NCBI GenBank assembly: GCA_963668645.2
Contig: CAXXWC010000020.1
Span: forward strand, 1 to 64,000
DNA length: 64,000 nt
DNA from: Desulfobacterales bacterium
Lineage (GTDB): Bacteria > Desulfobacterota > Desulfobacteria > Desulfobacterales > UBA2174
Direction of reading: 5' to 3'
Part shown: positions 1 to 9,432 of the stretch, one piece after another
Numbering within the stretch: position 1 is the first letter of the stretch
Layout: every line of letters begins with the position of its first letter
Made by a program: the position numbers and the translations under genes
Notes under the pieces: generated by a model
The model's database searches: none
Seen by the model: only the letters and a program-made list of their open reading frames with translations
Told to the model about the DNA's origin: nothing

Positions 1-157
1 GGGCCACCGGCCCACGGCTTCGATCACCCTGTCCAGCATCTGACCTGCGCGTGCCCTCTTGATCCCGGCCGTACCGGCCAGCGCAAGCAGGTCTTCTCGC
101 TCGAATCCGTCTCGTTTGCCGTTTATGCTCATCTGGTGCCTGCTGGTCCATTCACCC
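1..157. repeat. Direct repeat copy 1 (hipA 3' region); copy 2 at 7998-8155
   Basis: Base-by-base match to 7998-8155 with a few substitutions and a 1-nt indel. Confidence 0.95.
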
Positions 158-1227
158 GTCGGATTCCACGCGTAGGTCACATCAAAGGCCGGCGCAAGAG
201 ACCATTCTCCGCGCCGATTCATCAGGAATGCGATGTTCTTCACATGATCGTCGCAGTTGCGGCCCACCACGTTGAAAAAAGCCCGCAGGACCTGCTGGTC
301 CGCGTCCTTCCGGGCAAGGCCCAAGCGCTGAATCACCCGGATCGCCTGTTCGTAGGAATAACTTGCCGGCTGGCGGTAGTCGAAGTGGGCCAGGGCGCCG
401 AAAGACTGCATGTGAAGCTTCCCCCCGCGAGCGGTTCGATCGAACCGCTGGGTCATGAAATGACTCCGGCCCCCTTCCTGATGAAGGCGGCAGGGCATCA
501 TTTCCAGGCCGGCCTCGAGCGCCATCAAATGATAGGCGTATTCGATCCTCCCGTAGCCCATCGGGGTTGTTATCTCGGCATCCCTGGTGCTGGAAACGCC
601 GTCGAATTTCACGATCCAATGTTCGAAACCCGGCCCGGCATCAACCTGGCCCGAGCGGAATTCGTTGGTTTCCGGATTCCAGGCCAAAATGGCCTTTGCC
701 CTTGCACCGCCGGCAGAGGTCCCGACGCGCAATATGTCGTTGATCGCTTCACGGTCGTCGTCGCCGGAGAACACGCCTGCGAGGTTGGCACGTTCGTCGA
801 GGATCCGGTTGACGAGGTCGACCAGGCTGGCTACCTCGATTGCCCTTTTGCTGCTTGGCGGACCGAAAGTGGCCGGCTCGAATTCGAGTGCCCCCATGCC
901 CCGGCTTCCGACATAACAGAGCCGTTCCACCGGGTGAAAGCTGGCGGCGGTGCGATTTTGAGATGCGAGCCAGGCGTCGATGATCGCGTTGCCGTATTTG
1001 TCCGGCAGACAGTCGGCGAGCAGCCCTGGCAGACCCCTGAAGGTGTTCCTTGCAAGCACTGGAAATTCATATGGAAACTCGGCAAGCGGCATCGAGATGG
1101 GGGACAGTTCGATCCCGCTGCGCAGAAAGTCGGGCGAATACTGGAAGACCCCGATCTCCCGGTCCTCAAGCCAGGTGACGGCGCCGATCAGACTTCCCCA
1201 GAGGATGACGCGGGCGTCATTGTTCAT
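1..1227 (-). CDS. hipA: HipA-family Ser/Thr kinase toxin (3' end runs off the window)
   Basis: Absent from the ORF track because it has no stop in the window. Manual translation from the ATG at 1227 gives MNNDARVILWGSLIGAV..., the P-loop VGTSAGGARAKA, catalytic NCDDHVKN and APAFD. Overlaps the end of the upstream HTH gene. Confidence 0.9.
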   Translation of the reverse strand, partial: MNNDARVILWGSLIGAVTWLEDREIGVFQYSPDFLRSGIELSPISMPLAEFPYEFPVLARNTFRGLPGLLADCLPDKYGNAIIDAWLASQNRTAASFHPVERLCYVGSRGMGALEFEPATFGPPSSKRAIEVASLVDLVNRILDERANLAGVFSGDDDREAINDILRVGTSAGGARAKAILAWNPETNEFRSGQVDAGPGFEHWIVKFDGVSSTRDAEITTPMGYGRIEYAYHLMALEAGLEMMPCRLHQEGGRSHFMTQRFDRTARGGKLHMQSFGALAHFDYRQPASYSYEQAIRVIQRLGLARKDADQQVLRAFFNVVGRNCDDHVKNIAFLMNRRGEWSLAPAFDVTYAWNPTGEWTSRHQMSINGKRDGFEREDLLALAGTAGIKRARAGQMLDRVIEAVGRWP

Positions 1228-1588
1228 GGTCGTCCGCTCCGTCGCCCCACACCCACGCCGGCCCCTCTTTACCGCCGGGGACGGGACGTGCGCGCTTGCG
1301 CTCTCCGGTTCCGAGCCCGACCCGTTCGATGGGCCTCACGGCGGGATCGGGCAGCAGGCTTGCGAGACTAGACTGGATTCTCAGCGCAGAAAGGACACGG
1401 ATGAATGTGTCCAGCGAAACCCCCTGTCCTTTTTCCAGCCTTCTTATGGTTCGGGTCGAGACACCGGCTTCCTCGGCAAGCTGCTGCTGCGTTATGTTGC
1501 GGGAAAGCCTTATGCCCTCCAACCGCTTGCAAAGGGCCGCCTCTATCCGGTCACTTGTTGCCGCGGCAAAATCGATCGAATAGGCCAT
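1217..1588 (-). CDS. hipB: XRE-family HTH antitoxin (HipB-like)
   Basis: RLSRNITQQQLAEEAGVSTRTIRRLEKG HTH_3 signature, C-terminal WVWGD, immediately upstream of hipA. Confidence 0.85.
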   Translation of the reverse strand: MAYSIDFAAATSDRIEAALCKRLEGIRLSRNITQQQLAEEAGVSTRTIRRLEKGQGVSLDTFIRVLSALRIQSSLASLLPDPAVRPIERVGLGTGERKRARPVPGGKEGPAWVWGDGADDHEQ

Positions 1589-2014
1589 TTTTTACCCATT
1601 ATCCCCATGATTTGGCTTTAAACGGCACATTGTTGCCGCTTGAATCGGGAAGGCCAAGCCAGACGTGTAAATCGTCAATATTTTTCCGGTTGTCCCACAA
1701 TAATCCATTTTACAGGAAACATATTACCTTTTCCGGCTGCCTGATGCAACGCCCTGGTGAATGCACCACCTTCGGGCGGTTTTGATCGCCGAATACCTGC
1801 CGGACCGTATTCTTGTCGGTCAGGAGAACAAATTCGGCACAACGGCGCAAAAAAGGCAGCGGTTGATCGGATCGAACCTGACCTCAACCACTTGGGTTTC
1901 ACCGAGAATTGCTGGGTTCCCGGTTCGCAACCGGGCACTTGACATGATTTCCAGACGGAAGCCGAACGCATGAATCACCACGCGCAATCGTTTGACCCGA
2001 TGCTGCCGCGACGA

Positions 2015-5005
2015 TTATGGCCGCTGCATCGCCACCACCCGCGCCACCGTCAGGGTCACCGCCCCCCAGTCCTGCTCCACCTTGCCCCAGAGCAGATAGG
2101 GCCGGCCATGGTCGAGCATGTGGCAGAAGCGGTCGTAAACGGCCGGGAAGAAGGTCGCCTCGACGGTGCCGGTCTCGTCCTCGAAGGTGAGAAACTCCAT
2201 CGGCTCGCCCCGTTTGGTGCGCACCACCTTGCCGGTGATGAGCCAGCCGGCCACGCAGACCGATCTTCCCGCATAGCGGGGCAAGTAGGCCGAGGCAACC
2301 CGGCTGGTGTGCGAAAGGCGTTCAGCAAAAAGTGTCATGGGATGCCGGTCGCAAAGAAAGCCGAGAAGGGCGAACTCGCGCCGGAGCTTTTCCATGGGGT
2401 CGTCCGGAGGAAGGTCGGGCAGTGCCTCGGCAGCGGCGACCTCCCCGAAAAGGTCCATGGTCCGGGGGCCTTTCTGCTGGCGTTGCAGCCAGCGCGAAAG
2501 ACACCAGACCAGGGCCGCGCGGGACGCCCCGGGGGCAAGGCCGTCCAGGGCGCCGACGTGGATCAGGGCCCGGGCTTCGCCGGCCGAGGGGCACACCCGA
2601 TCCCAAAAATCGTCCGGGCTGCGGTACGGGCTCTTTTGGCGCCGGGCCACGATCCGTTCGGCCGCGGCCCCGGAAAGACCGTCCACCGCCATCAGCCCCA
2701 CCCGCAGGGCGTCGTCCCGGCCCGACCAGCGCACCGGGCTGCGGTTGACGTCCGGCGGCAGAATCCGCAGCCCCAGGCGCCGGGCCTCTGAAACGTAGGC
2801 AAAGGTCGAGTAGAACCCGCCCCGGTTGCTGATCACCGCCGCCATGAAGGCGGCCGGGTGGTGCACCTTGAGATAGGCGGCCTGGAACGAGACCCGGGCA
2901 TACGAGGCACTGTGGGGCTTGCAGAAGCTGTAGCCGGCAAAGCCCATCATCTGGTCCCAGACCGCCGCGACCACCCCGGCGTCCACCCCCCGGGCGGCGG
3001 CCCCGGCGGCAAAGCGGCCGTAAAAGTCCTCCAGCACGCGGCCGCGGTCCTTCTTGCTCATCACCTTGCGCAGCCGGTCGGCCCCGGCGTCGGAAAACCC
3101 GGCCAGGGCCATGGCGGCCAGGGCCACGTCCTCCTGGTAGACCAGAATCCCGAAGGTCTCGTCGAGCACGCCTTCCAGGGCCGGGTGGACCGGCTCCCAG
3201 GGGGCCCCGTGAAGGCGCTTGAGATATTCGCGGATGGCATCGTTGGCCGCCGGCCGGATGATGGACGAATGGATCACCAGGTGTTCGAAATCGCCCACGG
3301 CCGCCTTTTGCTGCAAAAGGCGCATGGCCGGGCTCTCGATGTAAAAGCACCCCATGGTGCGCCCCTGGGCCAGGGCCTCGCGGGTGTCGAAGTCGTCCTC
3401 CGGCTCCCAGCCCTCCTCGTCAAAATCGATGCCCGCGGCGCGTACCCCGGCCACCGCGTCGCGGATCACACCCAGGCTGCGGTTGCCCAGCAGGTCGATC
3501 TTGACCAGCCCGGCCGTCTCGGCCCCCTCCTTTTCCCACTGGATGATGGGCACCCCCTTGGGGGCCCGCTGCACCGGCACGTAGCAATCCACCGGCTGGG
3601 GGGTGATCACCACCCCGCCCGGGTGAACGGAAAGATGCCGGGGCGTGCCGATGAGGCGCCGGGCCAGATCGAGGATCCGCGGCCAGGGGGCGGGAAGATC
3701 CAGGTACCGGCTCTCGGGCCGGCGGGCCAGGGCCCCGACCAGATCACCGCCGGCCAGCTCGGCCGTGCGAAAGGCCCAGGGCAACCGCTTGGTGACCCGG
3801 CCGATCTCGGCCTCGGTCAGGCCGAAGGCCCGGGCGGTCTCGCGCACCGCCATGCGCGGCTGAAAGGCGATCTGGCTGCTGACCATGGCCGCGTGGACAC
3901 CCCATTTTTCCAGCACCCCGGCGATGACCCGGTCCCGCTCGTCCCAGGCGAAATCGACGTCGATGTCCGGCGGGTCGCTGCGTCCCGGATTGAGAAAGCG
4001 GCCGAAGTAGAGGTTGTGGCGCACCGGGCAGACATTGGTGATGAAAAGACAAAAAGCCACCAGGGAGGCGGCCCCCGAGCCGCGGCCGCAGGTGCGCGGG
4101 CTCTGGGCCACGATGTCGCGGACGGTGAGAAAATAGCTCGAAAAACCCATCTTCTCGATGACCCCCAGCTCGTGTTCCAGCCGCTGGACCACGGTCTCGG
4201 AAAACTCTGTGCCGTAGCGCCTGACGGCGCCGGCATAGGCCGCCTGGCGCAGCCAGGCCGCAGCCGGCCGCCCGTCCGGGCTGTGCCAGGGTGGCATCAC
4301 GGTGCCGAAGCAGGGGCCTTGGAAGCAAAGCGCCTCTGCCAGTTTTGCGGCCGCCGCAACCGCCTGGGGCATGGCGGCGAAGCGCTGCCCCAGTTCCTGC
4401 GGGGAGACAAGCCAGGCCTCGGCCGGCGCGGGCCTGGAAAAGACGCCATTGGCCTTTATGGCCCGCAACAATCGATGCAGGTCGTGGTCGGCCACGGTGA
4501 GCATGACACTGTCCGGCACGGCCACCAGGGGCACCCCCAGGTGCCGGGCGGCCCGGCACAGGGGGTGGGCCGCGGCAAGGGGGTGCCGGATCATGGCGGC
4601 CGTACTCTGGCCGGCACCGTGAACCGCTACGAGCAAATCGGGATCGTCGGTGAGGATGGTCAGGCCGAGGCCCAATTCGGCCAGGTCCCCGGCCAGGTGG
4701 AAGTTTTCGGCGCAGTGGCGCCGGGTGAGAAGCCGGCAGAGGTTGGCGTAGCCGGCGCTGCTTTGGACCAGGCAGACCGCCCGCAGGCCCGCGGGGGAGC
4801 CCGGCTGGGTCACCTCGGCGCCCACGATGGGAGAAAGCCCTTCCTGCTTGCAGGCGGCAAGAAAGGGCCACAGGCCGCAGAGGTTGTCCGTGTCGGTGAG
4901 GGCCAGGCGCCGGTAGCCCATGCGGGCCGCGGCCCGGCAAAGAGCTGCCGGCGAGGCCGTGCCCCGGCCGAAGGAATAGTGGGAACGGACGACAAGGGGC
5001 ACCAT
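2015..5005 (-). CDS. dnaE2: Error-prone DNA polymerase III alpha subunit (DnaE2/ImuC)
   Basis: PHP-like start MVPLVVRSHYSF, GRGSGAAS, PDIDVD catalytic motif, YSFCKPH, C-terminal OB fold; start moved to the ATG at 5005. Confidence 0.92.
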   Translation of the reverse strand: MVPLVVRSHYSFGRGTASPAALCRAAARMGYRRLALTDTDNLCGLWPFLAACKQEGLSPIVGAEVTQPGSPAGLRAVCLVQSSAGYANLCRLLTRRHCAENFHLAGDLAELGLGLTILTDDPDLLVAVHGAGQSTAAMIRHPLAAAHPLCRAARHLGVPLVAVPDSVMLTVADHDLHRLLRAIKANGVFSRPAPAEAWLVSPQELGQRFAAMPQAVAAAAKLAEALCFQGPCFGTVMPPWHSPDGRPAAAWLRQAAYAGAVRRYGTEFSETVVQRLEHELGVIEKMGFSSYFLTVRDIVAQSPRTCGRGSGAASLVAFCLFITNVCPVRHNLYFGRFLNPGRSDPPDIDVDFAWDERDRVIAGVLEKWGVHAAMVSSQIAFQPRMAVRETARAFGLTEAEIGRVTKRLPWAFRTAELAGGDLVGALARRPESRYLDLPAPWPRILDLARRLIGTPRHLSVHPGGVVITPQPVDCYVPVQRAPKGVPIIQWEKEGAETAGLVKIDLLGNRSLGVIRDAVAGVRAAGIDFDEEGWEPEDDFDTREALAQGRTMGCFYIESPAMRLLQQKAAVGDFEHLVIHSSIIRPAANDAIREYLKRLHGAPWEPVHPALEGVLDETFGILVYQEDVALAAMALAGFSDAGADRLRKVMSKKDRGRVLEDFYGRFAAGAAARGVDAGVVAAVWDQMMGFAGYSFCKPHSASYARVSFQAAYLKVHHPAAFMAAVISNRGGFYSTFAYVSEARRLGLRILPPDVNRSPVRWSGRDDALRVGLMAVDGLSGAAAERIVARRQKSPYRSPDDFWDRVCPSAGEARALIHVGALDGLAPGASRAALVWCLSRWLQRQQKGPRTMDLFGEVAAAEALPDLPPDDPMEKLRREFALLGFLCDRHPMTLFAERLSHTSRVASAYLPRYAGRSVCVAGWLITGKVVRTKRGEPMEFLTFEDETGTVEATFFPAVYDRFCHMLDHGRPYLLWGKVEQDWGAVTLTVARVVAMQRP

Positions 5006-5031
5006 GGCAGCGGGTCCAGTCCTTAAAAATG

Positions 5032-6207
5032 TCAGGCAGCCCGCAGGGTGCGTCCCACGATGATGGCCGCGTCGCCGAAGCGCTGCCGGATCCGGTCGAT
5101 GGCCGCCGTCAAATCTTCCGGGCGCCGTGCGGGCGCCCCCTCGGCTGCGAAGAGCCCGAGCTGGACCGGAGGAAAGACAAGCCGGTCGCAGATCAGGCAC
5201 AAGCGGCGCACCCGCACCCGGCGGGTCCAGGCCAGGTGCAGCACGCGCCGGGCCATTGCAAAGAGAAGAAAGTCGTTGGCCGTGGCCGGCTCGGCCTTGA
5301 CTTGGCGCGCCCGGCGCACCCCGTCGGAATGGTCCAGGACCAGAGCCACACGCCGGGCCGTCCGTCGCCGGCGGCGCAGCTCTGCGCCGGCCTGCTCCAC
5401 CAGGCGGTACAGGACAGCCTCCAGGACCGGGCCGGCATTGGTATCTGTATCAAACACATGGCCCACCGCCACCGCCGCCGGTCGCTCACCCACCGCCAGA
5501 ACCGGCGAGGCATCTATTCCCCGCACCGTCTCGTAGATAAATCCGGCCCGCCGGCCCAGGGGCACTTCCAGTTCGGCCCGCGACAGTCGCGCCACCTGGG
5601 CCGCCTGGCGCAGGTTCAGGGCATGGAGCCGTTCCAGGTCGGCGGCCTCGATGCCCGGCAGCAGCTCCAGGGGCAGGGGCGCCAGGAAGGGGGCCTCTTC
5701 GCCGGAGCCCACGATGTATTCGCCGCTCGGTTTGACCAGCCGCGAGGCCACCTTGGCCACCAGCTTGTTGGGCGCTACCGACCAGATGGGGTTCAGGTCG
5801 AGACGGCGGCGCACTTGCCGGTGCAGGCGCCAAGCCAAGTCCACCGGCGGCCCCAAGAGCCGTCCGGTGCCGGTGGCGTCGATGAACAGGTGCCCGTCAT
5901 CCTCGCCCGGTTCGATGCGCGGCGAAAAGGACAAGGCCTGTTTCAGCAGGTCCCCCATGGCCTGCGCATAGCGGTCCTGCCGGGGCGCCAGCAGCACGGC
6001 ATCCGGGCAGCAGCGCCGGGCCCGGCCCAGCGCCATCCCCTTGCGCACCCCGGCCCGGAAGGCCTCCTCGCTCATGTCGTAGACCGCAGCCCGGACCGCC
6101 GTGGGCGGCGCCACGATCACCGGCCTGCCGCGCAGGCCCGGCTCGATGCAGCGCTCCACGGCCACGGCGAAATCGGCGATATTGAGATGAATAACGGTGC
6201 GCTCCAT
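5032..6207 (-). CDS. imuB: Y-family polymerase-like protein, ImuB type (catalytic acids degenerate)
   Basis: HLNIADFAVAVE and EDDGHLFID replace the active DinB motifs HxDMDxF and SIDE; NKLVAKVAS; C-terminal clamp-binding motif QLGLF. Confidence 0.82.
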   Translation of the reverse strand: MERTVIHLNIADFAVAVERCIEPGLRGRPVIVAPPTAVRAAVYDMSEEAFRAGVRKGMALGRARRCCPDAVLLAPRQDRYAQAMGDLLKQALSFSPRIEPGEDDGHLFIDATGTGRLLGPPVDLAWRLHRQVRRRLDLNPIWSVAPNKLVAKVASRLVKPSGEYIVGSGEEAPFLAPLPLELLPGIEAADLERLHALNLRQAAQVARLSRAELEVPLGRRAGFIYETVRGIDASPVLAVGERPAAVAVGHVFDTDTNAGPVLEAVLYRLVEQAGAELRRRRRTARRVALVLDHSDGVRRARQVKAEPATANDFLLFAMARRVLHLAWTRRVRVRRLCLICDRLVFPPVQLGLFAAEGAPARRPEDLTAAIDRIRQRFGDAAIIVGRTLRAA

Positions 6208-6220
6208 GGGTCGTCCGCGG

Positions 6221-7084
6221 TTAATTTTCGCTTTTTTCCGTGCCGGGGGACGGTTGTACCGCCACCCCCCGTGCGGCCAGCATCCGGGCCAGGGTCCCGG
6301 CGTTACGCGGGGCCTGGGCCCGCACATGGTTGTTGAAGAAGATCACCCCGGCGCGGGCCTCGGCCGCCATGGGGACGATACGCCGGCCGGCCCACTCGAC
6401 CAGTTCGGCTTCGCCGTAATCGTAGTCGAACTGCTGCTGGAGATGGCCCGAGCGCCAGCCCCGGGCGTTGCGGCCATGAAAACGGACGTAAAACAGGTCC
6501 GGATTGGTGACCACGTCCAGGGCCGGAAAAAGCCCGTCCAGGGCCGGGACGTCCACCGCCACCAGGGTCACCCGGCGCCGTTCGAGTTCGGCAAAGACCC
6601 GGTCCACGGCCCAGGAGGCGTGGCGGAACTCCACGGCCACGGGCAGCCCTTCCAGGGCGTCGAGAAGCTCGGCCAGATAGCGCCGGTTAGCCGGGGTGCG
6701 ATCGAAGGAAGGGGGCCACTGGGCCAGCACGGCCCGCAGTTGGCCGCTTTGGCGCAAAGGAGCGATCCCGTCGCGGTACAGGGCCGCCTGGCCGTGCCAG
6801 GCCCCCGGATCCACCTCGTGGGTCAGGGTGCGGCTCAGCTTGGCGGCAAAACCGAAGGCGGGCGGCACCTTGGCGGCCATGCGGGCCACCGCCGGGGCCT
6901 TGGGCATCTGGTACCAGGTGTAGTTCAGTTCGGTGACGGCAAAGCGTTCGGCGTAAAGCGGCAGCATGCGGGCCGAACCGGTACCCGGCGGGTAGAACCC
7001 GGCCGCGGTCCACTCGGCATAGGAATAGCCCGAGGTGCCGATCTCGATGCGGCAGGGCGGATTGTTTGCAAATGGCACCGTCAT
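6221..7084 (-). CDS. DUF72 (YecE-like) protein
   Basis: IGTSGYSYAEW, ELNYTWY, QWPPSF, VEFRHASW, YVRFHGRN, FFNNH family motifs. Confidence 0.88.
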   Translation of the reverse strand: MTVPFANNPPCRIEIGTSGYSYAEWTAAGFYPPGTGSARMLPLYAERFAVTELNYTWYQMPKAPAVARMAAKVPPAFGFAAKLSRTLTHEVDPGAWHGQAALYRDGIAPLRQSGQLRAVLAQWPPSFDRTPANRRYLAELLDALEGLPVAVEFRHASWAVDRVFAELERRRVTLVAVDVPALDGLFPALDVVTNPDLFYVRFHGRNARGWRSGHLQQQFDYDYGEAELVEWAGRRIVPMAAEARAGVIFFNNHVRAQAPRNAGTLARMLAARGVAVQPSPGTEKSEN

Positions 7085-7118
7085 GCGCAGTCCTTGCCAA
7101 CGCAGGGATCAGCCTATT

Positions 7119-7742
7119 TCAGCCCATCATACGCTGAAGGCCCACCACCTTGCCCTGGACCAGCACCCGTCCGAAATCGTAGCACATCGGTTCATAGGCC
7201 GGGTTGGCCGGCCGCAGTTCGATGTGGTCGGCATGCAGGTGGAAGCGCTTCACCGTGGCCTCCTCGCCGTCGATCAGGGCCACCACGATTTCACCGTTGG
7301 CCGCGTACTGGCGCGGTTCGCAGACCGCCAGGTCCCCATCCATAATGCCGGCGTCACGCATGGAATCGCCCCGCACCCGCAGGGCGAAAAGATTCGCACC
7401 GCGAAACACGGCTGCGTCCAGGACCAGGCTCCCGTCCCACTCCTGCTGGGCGTAGATGGGCAGCCCGGCGGTGATGCGGCCCACCACCGGCACTTCGCGC
7501 CAGCGCTGCAGCCCGGCCGCCTCGCGGTCCGCGTTGAGCAGATAGACCCTGCGGCTGTAGCGCCCGTCCCGGCGCAGGTACCCCTTTTCTTCCAGCAGGC
7601 GCAGCCCCTGGGCCACGGCCGCATGGCTCACCCCCAGGTCGCCAGCGGTCTGGCGCAGGCTCGGGGCGCTGCCGTCGCGCTGGATCCGGCGCTTCAGGTA
7701 ATCGAGAAGGCGCTTTTGCTTGGAACTCAAAACCGGTTGCAT
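7119..7742 (-). CDS. lexA: LexA repressor
   Basis: N-terminal winged HTH (APSLRQTA), Ala-Gly cleavage site in GRITAGLP, catalytic GDSM serine and TVKR lysine; GGAG RBS before the ATG at 7742. Confidence 0.93.
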   Translation of the reverse strand: MQPVLSSKQKRLLDYLKRRIQRDGSAPSLRQTAGDLGVSHAAVAQGLRLLEEKGYLRRDGRYSRRVYLLNADREAAGLQRWREVPVVGRITAGLPIYAQQEWDGSLVLDAAVFRGANLFALRVRGDSMRDAGIMDGDLAVCEPRQYAANGEIVVALIDGEEATVKRFHLHADHIELRPANPAYEPMCYDFGRVLVQGKVVGLQRMMG

Positions 7743-7816
7743 GCCGTCTCCAGGGTTGGTGGTTGACACGCTCCCCCGGTCTTCGGAGGAGATGCATCCC
7801 AGATACCCCGGACAAA

Positions 7817-7834
7817 ATGTAAATGTCAATGTAA
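7817..7834 (-). promoter_or_regulatory. Triple hexamer TTACAT-TGACAT-TTACAT overlapping a TTGACA -35 element; candidate LexA operator
   Basis: Plus strand reads ATGTAA ATGTCA ATGTAA, about 75 bp upstream of lexA. Confidence 0.45.
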
Positions 7835-7922
7835 AGATATCTCCTTTCCATTTTTATGACATTCGGGGGATCCGTTTTTGGCGTCCTGGATTGGCCCGGC
7901 GAATAGCGATGGCGGCAGCAAG

Positions 7923-8155
7923 TCACAACCCGGCGCGCTGGTTGCGCTGGATCTCGTTGACGCGTCGCTCCGGAACCCCTGCCTTGCCGGCGAAATCGGG
8001 CCACCGGCCCACGGCTTCGATCACAGCTGTCCAGCATCTGACCTGCGCGTGCCCTCTTGATCCCGGCCGTACCGGCCAGCGCGAGCAGGTCTTCTCGCTC
8101 GAATCCGTCTCGTTTGCCGTTTACGCTCATTTGGTGCCTGCTGGTCCATTCACCC
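7923..8155 (-). pseudogene. hipA: Frameshifted 3' fragment of hipA (repeat copy 2)
   Basis: GEWTSRHQMSVNGKRDGFEREDLLALAGTAGIKRARAGQMLD is near-identical to the hipA C-terminus; 1-nt insertion near 8025; no 5' part. Confidence 0.88.
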
Positions 8156-8647
8156 AGAGGCCTTCGAGGTGGAAACCGTCCCAAAATGAGATGCCCCTCT
8201 CAACCAGGGGCCTGCTTCAGCCTGAGGTTCACTAGGATGGCCCGGACGACTGTCGCATCGTTTCCGGTCTGAGCATTCCGAGACGCTTTTCAGGCCGCTG
8301 CTGGGAGATGGCCGGCGTCTGGTGGGGCTTGATCGAGAAATTTTCTTATCCTGCTCACCGATCCAGACCATAACCTTGTGTCCGCGTGTCCGCGATTGGC
8401 ACACGTGAGTGCAATCGGAGCCTCTATTTCTCTCGTCTCTTCTTCCACCTCCGGATTGGCAACCTCCAGGATCTGCCGTTCATTGAAAACGCGCGCAAGG
8501 CCCGACCACAAGGGTGCTTGGCTGCGACGTCTGATCGCTTGCCAGATTCCTCGAAAGCACTGTCGTCTGTTTTGGCAGCCGATTTGCCGGATGCCGGTTT
8601 TAAAAAAACTTGACAGTTTTTCATATATTATGTAGCATGTATCATAA

Positions 8648-8659
8648 ATCATATATGAT
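8648..8659. promoter_or_regulatory. Palindrome ATCATATATGAT, candidate GntR operator
   Basis: Perfect 12-bp palindrome in the AT-rich region 40 bp upstream of the GntR gene. Confidence 0.45.
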
Positions 8660-8699
8660 CTTAGATATTAGGCTGTAATCATTAACTAAAAGGAAAATC

Positions 8700-9365
8700 A
8701 TGGCGCTCGCATTCAAGACAAAACATCTAGCCATTTATGAAGAGCTGAGAAAGGATATCGTCGACGGGAAAATAAAGCCCGGCGAAAAAATCAAAATCAG
8801 CGATGTCGCCAGGAAATACGAGCTCAGCGAAATTCCGGTTCGTGAAGCAATCCGCAGGCTGGAAAGCGAAGGTTTCGTCGAGTTCACCCCCTATGTCGGT
8901 GCCACCGTCTGCAAAATGGATAAACAGGAGTTCATAGAAATCTACCTGATACGCATCGAGATAGAGGCACTGGCAGCCCGGTTGGCCGCGGAACATGTCT
9001 CCCCGAAGGATATTCAGCACCTGAAAAAGCTGAATAAGGAAATGGCCGCGGCCTTAGAGCACGACACCCCCGAAGCGCTGGGCGATTTGAATAAACAATT
9101 TCATTTGAGTATTTATAACGCGGCGCCCTACCCTACTCTTAACAAGCTCATTTCAGATCTGTGGGAAAAAGTCGAACGCACCCAAAGTGTTTTTGCCTAT
9201 GTCCCTAAAAGGGCAAAAGCATCAATTAAAGAGCACGAAAAAATAATAAAAGCGCTTGAAGAAAAAAACATTAAAAATGTTGAAAAGCTGATCCGGCAGC
9301 AAAAAAACCGGACGATGCTGGCCCTTCAGGAGTTTATTGAACAGGGAGAACGAGATGATCGGTAG
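8700..9365 (+). CDS. GntR-family regulator (FCD domain)
   Basis: SEIPVREAIRRLESEG HTH; NKQFH and EHEKII FCD motifs. Confidence 0.92.
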   Translation: MALAFKTKHLAIYEELRKDIVDGKIKPGEKIKISDVARKYELSEIPVREAIRRLESEGFVEFTPYVGATVCKMDKQEFIEIYLIRIEIEALAARLAAEHVSPKDIQHLKKLNKEMAAALEHDTPEALGDLNKQFHLSIYNAAPYPTLNKLISDLWEKVERTQSVFAYVPKRAKASIKEHEKIIKALEEKNIKNVEKLIRQQKNRTMLALQEFIEQGERDDR

Positions 9366-9432
9366 GCACACCCGGATCAGGTGAAATTTCTTTTCAAACT
9401 GCTAACTGAAAATCAACAAGGAGGAAAAGGAA

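Noticed and set aside
136..1371. 411-aa plus-strand ORF, and other long antisense ORFs (2858-5026, 5029-6336, 41517-42863, 44239-46497)
   Set aside because: Shadow frames of GC-rich genes with clear family motifs on the opposite strand
1590..2014. Short ORFs or an RNA gene between hipB and dnaE2
   Set aside because: No recognisable motif, RBS or RNA structure
5032..6207. Active DinB/Pol IV
   Set aside because: Catalytic acidic motifs are substituted; context and the QLGLF motif fit ImuB
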